From a virus: a stretch of DNA of 64,000 nucleotides. The notes under the pieces are model-generated. The model ran no database searches, had not been told where the DNA came from, and worked only from the letters and a program-made list of their open reading frames with translations. The stretch is from positions 9,636-73,635 of the IMG/VR virus record IMGVR_UViG_3300032893_000029; one strand, written 5' to 3'. Below, piece after piece: positions 57,547 through 64,000 of this stretch. Made by a program: the position numbers and the translations under genes. Each line of letters starts with the position of its first letter. Position 1 is the first letter of the stretch.

Positions 57547-58845
57547 TCAGACTCCGAAGAAGACCAGGATGCAGTTGTAGTCCGGATCGTAAGGCGTCGC
57601 CGTCGAGCCTTCGCTTGGCAGCGAGAAATTCACGATGATGGTGTTGCTGCTGCTGCGGTCGCAGCCGATATCGAGTTGCGAATTGTCGTCGCTGTTGTTG
57701 AACTCGGCGGTGCCGACGCAGCCCATAAATGACGTGATGCTGTAGTTCACCGAGAACTGGTACTTGCCGGTCGACATCCGGACACCGGCTCCGGCCATGT
57801 TGACGGAGCCCAGCACAACGATCGCGCTGCCGTTCCAGTAGAAATTGATGATGCCCTTCGGCACGAAAGGCGAGAACGGCATCAGCGCCGGCGTGGCAAA
57901 CACCCCTGTCGCCAGCGCCGCGGCGATCATCTGCGCCTGCGTCGCCGCGACTGGCGGCGGTCCGCCGTCGCCGATCGTGCCGTTCGGATCGGTGAAGACC
58001 GCCATGTCGCCGACGGTGTAGGCACCGCTGGCGAGAGATGGGACTTTCGGCAGAGCGTTGTTGGTGACGTTCTTGAACGCCGCCTGGCCCGGCGCGCCGC
58101 CGTCCTTGATCGAGCCGTTGGGATCGGCAAACACGGCAAAATCGCCGACGGCGACGCTGCCGACGATCGAGGCCAGGTTCGGCGCCGTCGTGCTCGAGGC
58201 CGCTTTGAATGCCGCGGTACCGAGACCACTGACGCCGCCGCTCTGCAAGACGAAGTTGCCGGCACCGTCGGCGACAGCGGTGAAGATACCGTTGGCGACG
58301 AGTTGGCCGTTGTTGACGGCACCGCCGCCGGGCAGAACCAGAGGGAAGCTGCCGACATCGGTGATGTCGATGACGACGCCGGCGGTGTTGGCTGAGCCGG
58401 ACTTCTTGACCCGGATGACGAAGCCAGCGGTGATGGCGACGGGGACCGGATCAAGCGCGATGACGACGGTGTTGCCGGAACCGGTATCCGGCGCGTAATT
58501 GACGGCCTGCTGTTGCAGGTCCTGCGCCTGCATGAACCCCTGAAGATCTGCCGCGGTCGGAAGCTGGTTGGCGAGATCGTTGACATTCCAGCTTTGCGCC
58601 GTCGTTCCCTGCTGGCCGCGCTCGATCGTGATCTGGTCGGTGCTGCGCGCGGTGACGAGAACGATTTCGGTCAGAAGGCCGGTCGCTGCATCGTTGAACG
58701 TCAGATAGAACGAAGAGCCGACGGCAGGATTCGGACTCGGAAACAGCGCACCTGTGCCGGCGGCGAGATTTGCGACCGTAGAGCTCGGCGAGATCGCACC
58801 GGCGAGTGTCGATTCGGCCTGATTGGCGTAGAGCAGATAGCTCAT
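57547..58845 (-). CDS. Tail fibre protein
   Basis: Start MSYLLYANQAES; GLGTAA; two repeats of VGD.AVF.DPNG.I.DGG. Confidence 0.8.
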   Translation of the reverse strand: MSYLLYANQAESTLAGAISPSSTVANLAAGTGALFPSPNPAVGSSFYLTFNDAATGLLTEIVLVTARSTDQITIERGQQGTTAQSWNVNDLANQLPTAADLQGFMQAQDLQQQAVNYAPDTGSGNTVVIALDPVPVAITAGFVIRVKKSGSANTAGVVIDITDVGSFPLVLPGGGAVNNGQLVANGIFTAVADGAGNFVLQSGGVSGLGTAAFKAASSTTAPNLASIVGSVAVGDFAVFADPNGSIKDGGAPGQAAFKNVTNNALPKVPSLASGAYTVGDMAVFTDPNGTIGDGGPPPVAATQAQMIAAALATGVFATPALMPFSPFVPKGIINFYWNGSAIVVLGSVNMAGAGVRMSTGKYQFSVNYSITSFMGCVGTAEFNNSDDNSQLDIGCDRSSSNTIIVNFSLPSEGSTATPYDPDYNCILVFFGV

Positions 58846-58874
58846 GTTAGTCTGTCGACCTCGCTGGATTTCCC

Positions 58875-59510
58875 ATGTCGCCGAACTCCTATTACGTCTA
58901 CGCATTGTTTCGCCCGAACGGGCACGTCTGCTACATCGGCAAGGGCCGAGGCAAACGGATGAACCAGCATTTCCGGCCAAGCTCTTTGAAAACAATGGCG
59001 AACCGCCATCTTGCCAATATCATCCTCAAGGCCGGGGGCAGACTTCCTTGTGTCAAAATCAGAAACGGTCTTACCAATGCCGAGGCCATAGCCATCGAAG
59101 TCGCTTTCATCGCCGCGATCGGTCGACTGCCGAATGGCCCGCTTGTCAATCGAACAGACGGCGGTGAAGGAAATTCCGGTTGGTCTGTCAGGGACGAGAG
59201 TCGGAAGAAAATGCGGGCAAAAGCTATTTCGCGGATGAAAAATTCCGCTCTTCGGCAACATCTGCGCGACATCAACACCGGCAAGAAGCATACCGAAGCG
59301 ACGCGTGCCAAAATGAGAACGTCGCATAGGGGCAAACCTCCTGCATGGTCGCTCGATCCGATCCTGCGCGAAAAGACGATTAAGAAAATGCGACGCAATA
59401 GGAAGAACCGCGTTATTTCTGCCGAGTGGAAAGCGAAAATCCGTGCTGGACTTCTCGAATACAACAAGCGTCGAAGACCTCAAGAAAACGCGACCGTAAA
59501 CGAATACTGA
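58875..59510 (+). CDS. GIY-YIG/NUMOD3 homing endonuclease, antisense to tail operon
   Basis: YYVY......CYIGKG...R; LVN.TDGGEG; GKKHTEATRAKM. Confidence 0.85.
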   Translation: MSPNSYYVYALFRPNGHVCYIGKGRGKRMNQHFRPSSLKTMANRHLANIILKAGGRLPCVKIRNGLTNAEAIAIEVAFIAAIGRLPNGPLVNRTDGGEGNSGWSVRDESRKKMRAKAISRMKNSALRQHLRDINTGKKHTEATRAKMRTSHRGKPPAWSLDPILREKTIKKMRRNRKNRVISAEWKAKIRAGLLEYNKRRRPQENATVNEY

Positions 59511-61087
59511 AACGGTGTTTCCAGCGCGCCGCTCGCCAGCGCCGCTTGCAGAACCGATGCAATCGTCGAGGGCGCGATCGTGATGGTGTAGGCGCCGGCG
59601 GAAACCGTGATCGAGATATCGTGCGTGTTGTCGATCGGGGGCGCCGTCCCGTTGACGCCGATGAGAAAGCGCTTCACCCGGCGTTTCAGCCACGGGATGC
59701 AGAACCGCTTCCCGTCGTCCTTGAAGTAATGCCAGGTCAGGCAGCGCTGGTAGATGTCATCCGTCGTGACGAAGGATTCCGACGACTCGCCGATGAGCTT
59801 CCGGACGTTGATCGGCAGCTTCGCCAGCGCGACGGTGTTGATCGGACCGATCTGCTTGACGCTGCCATAGGCCAGCGTCGGCCGCGGATAGTCGTACATC
59901 CCGGCGCCGACCCAATCGAGGACATCGCCGGAGAGACCGGTGTAGATCGGCAGTTCGATATCGTTGAACCAGTCGAGATATTGCTGCGCCAGCGTGTTGT
60001 AGGCACCGACGAAAGCCTGGAGATCGGGATCATCCTGGTACTGCACATAGAGATAGGCCGGCGTGATGATCTGGACCGCTTGCGGCTTCGGCGGCGGCGG
60101 CGGCGGGTTGACGACGAAGCCCGACGCCGAACCGCTGCTTGAGCCTGAACCCTGAAACGAACTGTAGACCCAATTCGTCGGCGAGAACGATCCGCCGGCG
60201 ACGCCGGAGCCGGTAAAGGTGCGATCGGCGATGATCGGGACCACGAATTCGCCGGCGGCGACCCCGGAGCCACCGAAGGATTCCGCCCATGTCGATTCCC
60301 AATGCGCGACACCGCTCGACGAGCCGGAGCCGTCGAAGGCGACATGATGCAGGGCTTCGGAAGCACCCTGACCGGAGCTCGAGCCGCTTCCGGTGAACGT
60401 GCTGTCGCTTACGACTTCGGGATAGGCCTGGATGGCATCGACTAGCAGCACATAACCCTGGCCCGCCGTTCCGGAAAATCCGACGGAGGCACCGGAGAGC
60501 TTTGATGTCGTCGATAGATATTCGGTGCCGAACTCCGTCGTGCTGCCGCCGCTGAGCAGCGTGTAGCCGGCCTGCGGCGACACCGAGAAAATCCCGGCAT
60601 TCACCGATGCCAGAATGATCGTCGAAGGATTTGTCGTCGAGATCCCTGTCGCATTCGGTGTCGCGGAAAAACTTGTATGCCCGACAGCCGGCAGCGAGGA
60701 ATTCGGATCGAATGGCGCCGACGTGTCCGCACCGGAGACCCCGAAGAACTCCGCCTGGGATTCCGTCGGCGTACCACTTAGATTGATTGTCCCGGTGACT
60801 GCCGAGAGCGGCGAAGCGGCGATGGCATACCATTCCTCGATGGAATAATACGCCGCAGTCCCGTCGACGGGGAGCGGCCCGGTTGTATACCGCTTCGTCC
60901 AGGTCAGTCCGGTTCCGGTGATACTGCTGACGGTCGGAAACCCGACATTCGTGTTGTCGAGAACGTAAATCCTTAAGAGGATGACATCGTTTGCATTCGC
61001 CGTTGTCAGCGGCCCGATGCTATAGCTCGTCGCGGTTCCGCCGCTATTTAAGACGTAGCCGTCGATCTGCGGTGCGGGCAGTCCCAT
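59480..61087 (-). CDS. Baseplate wedge-like protein with N-terminal beta domain and Gly/Ser repeats
   Basis: C-terminal PAYLYVQY.DD.DLQAF, LDWVG.G.Y...RP, TDDIY.R.LTW. Confidence 0.7.
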   Translation of the reverse strand: MGLPAPQIDGYVLNSGGTATSYSIGPLTTANANDVILLRIYVLDNTNVGFPTVSSITGTGLTWTKRYTTGPLPVDGTAAYYSIEEWYAIAASPLSAVTGTINLSGTPTESQAEFFGVSGADTSAPFDPNSSLPAVGHTSFSATPNATGISTTNPSTIILASVNAGIFSVSPQAGYTLLSGGSTTEFGTEYLSTTSKLSGASVGFSGTAGQGYVLLVDAIQAYPEVVSDSTFTGSGSSSGQGASEALHHVAFDGSGSSSGVAHWESTWAESFGGSGVAAGEFVVPIIADRTFTGSGVAGGSFSPTNWVYSSFQGSGSSSGSASGFVVNPPPPPPKPQAVQIITPAYLYVQYQDDPDLQAFVGAYNTLAQQYLDWFNDIELPIYTGLSGDVLDWVGAGMYDYPRPTLAYGSVKQIGPINTVALAKLPINVRKLIGESSESFVTTDDIYQRCLTWHYFKDDGKRFCIPWLKRRVKRFLIGVNGTAPPIDNTHDISITVSAGAYTITIAPSTIASVLQAALASGALETPFQYSFTVAFS

Positions 61088-61123
61088 TTACGGACTCGCG
61101 ATGCCGAATGGCATGAAGCCGGA

Positions 61124-61555
61124 TCAGCTTTCGCCGACGAATGACGACGGTGTCAGAACCGGCGTGACGCCGCCGCTGATGACTATCGCGGATGTCAGCG
61201 GCAGGCGATAGAGCAGTTCGCCGGCACCGCTCAGTGCGGTTCCGAGACCGACATAGGTTTCCGTTTCGCTGCCAGCGGTCGCACTCGGAAAATTGATGTT
61301 CGACACCGGCGAGATCTGTTCGCCGGAGATCGACCAGCCGCCGGTTGTCCGTGCGACGGCCTGCCGGGCATAGCCGGTATAGGCCGCCTCGGATGTCGTC
61401 TGGTTGCCGCCGACACCGGGATCGGCGGTGTGCAGGCTGACATAGATGTTGGTGATCGGAGAGACCGAAGCGTTTTCCGCGATGTTGGCAATGGTCGTTG
61501 CGTTGAACAGAAGTTCGAGAACCGCTTGCGACCAATAGTTTGTTTTCTGGCCCAT
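61124..61555 (-). CDS. Small virion fibre/baseplate protein
   Basis: Y.SLHTADPG.......E..Y.GYARQAV motif. Confidence 0.7.
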   Translation of the reverse strand: MGQKTNYWSQAVLELLFNATTIANIAENASVSPITNIYVSLHTADPGVGGNQTTSEAAYTGYARQAVARTTGGWSISGEQISPVSNINFPSATAGSETETYVGLGTALSGAGELLYRLPLTSAIVISGGVTPVLTPSSFVGES

Positions 61556-61567
61556 CTTTTATCCTCT

Positions 61568-63013
61568 TCAGGCTTGCGAGATCGACACGGCGTCCGCCGT
61601 GCAGGAAAAATAACTCAGCGGATCGCCGACGATGATCTTCGTTCCGACTTCGGGAGAGACGCCGATGCCGTTGATCGAGACGGTAAAGGTCAGCGTCGTG
61701 ATGAGCTCCGCCGGCAGGATTCCGGACACCGACGCGATGAAGGTCTCTTCAAGCTGAAGAACGTTGATCGGCTGACCCGTCGCGATTGCGGAAACATAAG
61801 CCGCAAGCGGCGTCGCGGCGGCCTGCTGCATCGCGGAATTCGAGACGACATTCGTCGAGATCGTGTCCCAGGTGACATCCATCGCCACGATCTGCGCCGG
61901 CGGGACGACAAACGGAATCTCGTAGGTGTCGGGATAGTCGTAGAGAGACGCCGTGACGTTTCGGTTGTTCGGTGTGACGACGCCGCCGCCGGTATAGGTG
62001 CCGAATCCGGTCGTGTTCAGCGCCAGGCTGAATTCCGTCGGGCTTATCACGGTCACAACCCCGGTGCTGTCATAGGTGCTCGGGCTGGCACCGGACACCG
62101 TCGCGGTCTGTCCGTTGATCAAGCCGTGATTGAGATCCGTCGTGATGACGCCGGGATCGGCCTTGGTGTAGCTCTCGACGTTGATGACGGATGACTTCAG
62201 CGTCGAGATATCGGGAACGGCCTTGTAGATCGCGTTTGCGATCGCATAGGGATCGCCCCCGGGTCCGACGACGATGATCCAGCCGCCGCCTTCCTGCGGG
62301 ACAGCGGAGACCAGATTGGCTTCGACACCGGGAATGTTGCGGAGCAGCGTCTTCAAGGCGCGCGCCATCCCTGTCGACGCGACGAGCCCGGCTTGCAAGA
62401 CATCGGAACGATAGGAAGTCGACGACTGCGCGCCCTGGCTCGGAATGCCGGCGCTCGGATTTGTGAAGTTGAGCGTGATCGCGCCCGGGACCTGCGTCAC
62501 GGCGCCCGTCACGGTGTTCGGCGGCACCGGCCAGGTTCCGCCGACGGTTGCGACGCAATAGATCGGCGGGGATGTCCCATCGGCACCGACGGCGGTCTGG
62601 TCCTGCACGACATATTGAAACGTCCCGTCGGTTGCGATGAAGCCCTGCTCGATGACGAAGCCCGGCGTCGAATCGTAGGCCGAGATATAGACCGACGTGT
62701 TGAAACCCAGTCCCTGCGGGACGCCATAGATCTGTCCGAACTGGTTGAGAAGGAATTCGTTGCAGCCGTAAGGCGTCAGCGAATTGAAGAACTCGACGCG
62801 GATGCCATCGATGATGACCAGCGCGCCGGTGGCTGTCGAACTGATGTCCTCAACCAGAGCGCCGGGAAGATTTGCGGTGTAATCGGGATTTGTCGATGTC
62901 ACCAAAGCGATGAGCTCGGCGTTCAGCGCCGTCGGTGTCTGCGGCAGCAAGCCGACGATGGTGACGACTGTCGGCAGATCGGTTGCGACAACGGGCGATC
63001 CGGCGTTGCTCAT
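61568..63013 (-). CDS. Baseplate J-like protein
   Basis: P.YTANLPG.L.EDI.ST, GGDPY..ANAI, DYPDTY.IPFV.P. Confidence 0.8.
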   Translation of the reverse strand: MSNAGSPVVATDLPTVVTIVGLLPQTPTALNAELIALVTSTNPDYTANLPGALVEDISSTATGALVIIDGIRVEFFNSLTPYGCNEFLLNQFGQIYGVPQGLGFNTSVYISAYDSTPGFVIEQGFIATDGTFQYVVQDQTAVGADGTSPPIYCVATVGGTWPVPPNTVTGAVTQVPGAITLNFTNPSAGIPSQGAQSSTSYRSDVLQAGLVASTGMARALKTLLRNIPGVEANLVSAVPQEGGGWIIVVGPGGDPYAIANAIYKAVPDISTLKSSVINVESYTKADPGVITTDLNHGLINGQTATVSGASPSTYDSTGVVTVISPTEFSLALNTTGFGTYTGGGVVTPNNRNVTASLYDYPDTYEIPFVVPPAQIVAMDVTWDTISTNVVSNSAMQQAAATPLAAYVSAIATGQPINVLQLEETFIASVSGILPAELITTLTFTVSINGIGVSPEVGTKIIVGDPLSYFSCTADAVSISQA

Positions 63014-63324
63014 CTCTTAGGCTCCGGTTCGTCGATGTTTCCTGTGGTGACGCAGCGGCCGTTACGGATGTAGCCGTGCCAGCAGCGTCCGCAGTTCACC
63101 GAAGGGGTCAAGGTTTCGCGGCCGACGGCGCCGCTGATGTCCCATTGTGCCCTTCCGCCGTTCTTGTTCTGCGGGTCGCGCTTGATCCCGGGATTCCTGC
63201 CGGCGAGCAGAAGCGGTCCGCAGGGCCCGGCGCGACGCGGGCATCTGAACCAGACCTGTGTCGCCTTCTCCGGCGTCGTCGGGTTTCCCGCGGCATCGTG
63301 ATATTCGATGTTGGCCGCGGTCAT
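63010..63324 (-). CDS. DUF6527-like Cys/His protein
   Basis: FRCP....C ... W...G.....TLTPSV.C..CWHGYIRNG. Confidence 0.6.
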   Translation of the reverse strand: MTAANIEYHDAAGNPTTPEKATQVWFRCPRRAGPCGPLLLAGRNPGIKRDPQNKNGGRAQWDISGAVGRETLTPSVNCGRCWHGYIRNGRCVTTGNIDEPEPKR

Positions 63325-63683
63325 GTCGGGAATTCTCCGGTCAACACGCTGCCCTGCTTCGTCGTCGCCGTGATCGAATAGACCGGCGGTTTCCTGTTGC
63401 TGTAGGGGCCGCTGTTGGCGCGGGCGACGAGAAGGCTGGCGAAGTACGCCGCATAACGCCGCTGGGTCAGCATCATGTTGTAGTCCGGCGGAATCCCGGA
63501 CCGTGCCGCCGGGATCGCCGGCAGGCCCCACGATCCGTAAAACGGCGATTCGTTCAGGTTCAATTGCAGGGTCTGCGCCAGCGCGGTTAGATACACCGCG
63601 GAGTTGTCGCCGTCGGGCGCGGTCTCGACGACAACCCATGTCCTCGAGCCGTCTTTGTTCGTGATGCGGCCGTAAGTTCTCAT
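63321..63683 (-). CDS. Baseplate protein (sheath initiator/gp46-like)
   Basis: MRTYGR, L.QTL.LNL.ESPFY...G.PA. Confidence 0.7.
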   Translation of the reverse strand: MRTYGRITNKDGSRTWVVVETAPDGDNSAVYLTALAQTLQLNLNESPFYGSWGLPAIPAARSGIPPDYNMMLTQRRYAAYFASLLVARANSGPYSNRKPPVYSITATTKQGSVLTGEFPT

Positions 63684-64000
63684 ACGACAGGCCCCGAATT
63701 GCTGCTTCCGGTCTGTACCGCGCTGTGCATGTGCGTCGCCCAATCGGTTCCGTCGATCGTGATTGCGCTTGACGTGATGACGATTTCCATTGAACCGACT
63801 TTCAGCGTGATCGAATTCTTCCCGGTGATAGTCATGTCTTCGGTGTTCGATACGATCGAGCAATTGTTGCCGGTGTCGCGAAGCCGGAAGCCGTTCGGAC
63901 CATAGATGCAGTAGGCGTTCGGATCGTCGGGTGCCGACCAATCCGCTGACGACACCGGCACCCAGACCAGAGCGCCGAGATTGGACGGCATCTGCTTTGT
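63680..64000 (-). CDS. Baseplate spike protein, C-terminal part (5' end off window)
   Basis: NL.ALV.VP, YGPNG, terminal HMHSAVQTGSSNSGP metal-binding tip. Confidence 0.8.
   Translation of the reverse strand, partial: TKQMPSNLGALVWVPVSSADWSAPDDPNAYCIYGPNGFRLRDTGNNCSIVSNTEDMTITGKNSITLKVGSMEIVITSSAITIDGTDWATHMHSAVQTGSSNSGPVV

Noticed and set aside
1-64000. Integrase, CI repressor, DNA polymerase, rRNA, CRISPR array
   Set aside because: No recognisable motifs in this window; they may lie outside it

Overview
The window is most of the genome of a GC-rich tailed phage, a myovirus with a DUF1073 portal, DUF2213 protease/scaffold, DUF4054 head completion protein and baseplate-J. The host is very likely an alphaproteobacterium (GcrA-like gene, DUF6456 regulator, two-piece tmRNA). 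Layout: head and packaging genes on the minus strand (1-16.6 kb), early genes on plus (16.7-28.3 kb), DNA-modification and replication genes on minus (28.2-35.3 kb), recombination/nuclease genes on plus (35.4-51.3 kb), then tmRNA, lysis and tail/baseplate genes on minus (51.3-64 kb). Sheath, tube and tape-measure genes and an integrase were not seen; both window ends cut structural genes. The most notable signals are non-coding. (i) Three identically spaced early promoters have leaders with a hairpin carrying a conserved (U)UCGCAG loop just before the RBS, and a divergently transcribed structured sRNA (about 24376-24490, minus) displays the complementary CUGCGAA loop and an anti-RBS bulge: a candidate multi-target antisense RNA switch. 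(ii) A circularly permuted tRNA-like (YrlA/Y-RNA-like) module lies within a ~300-nt structured RNA. (iii) There is a two-piece tmRNA and (iv) a perfect parS site. Protein-level oddities include a terminase with a second, degenerate nuclease domain, a NUDIX-protease-scaffold fusion, signal-peptide-bearing virion-like proteins, and a Mom + ParB + TAGT-like glycosyltransferase + sulfotransferase-like DNA-modification cluster. All family assignments come from motif recognition by eye, not from database searches.
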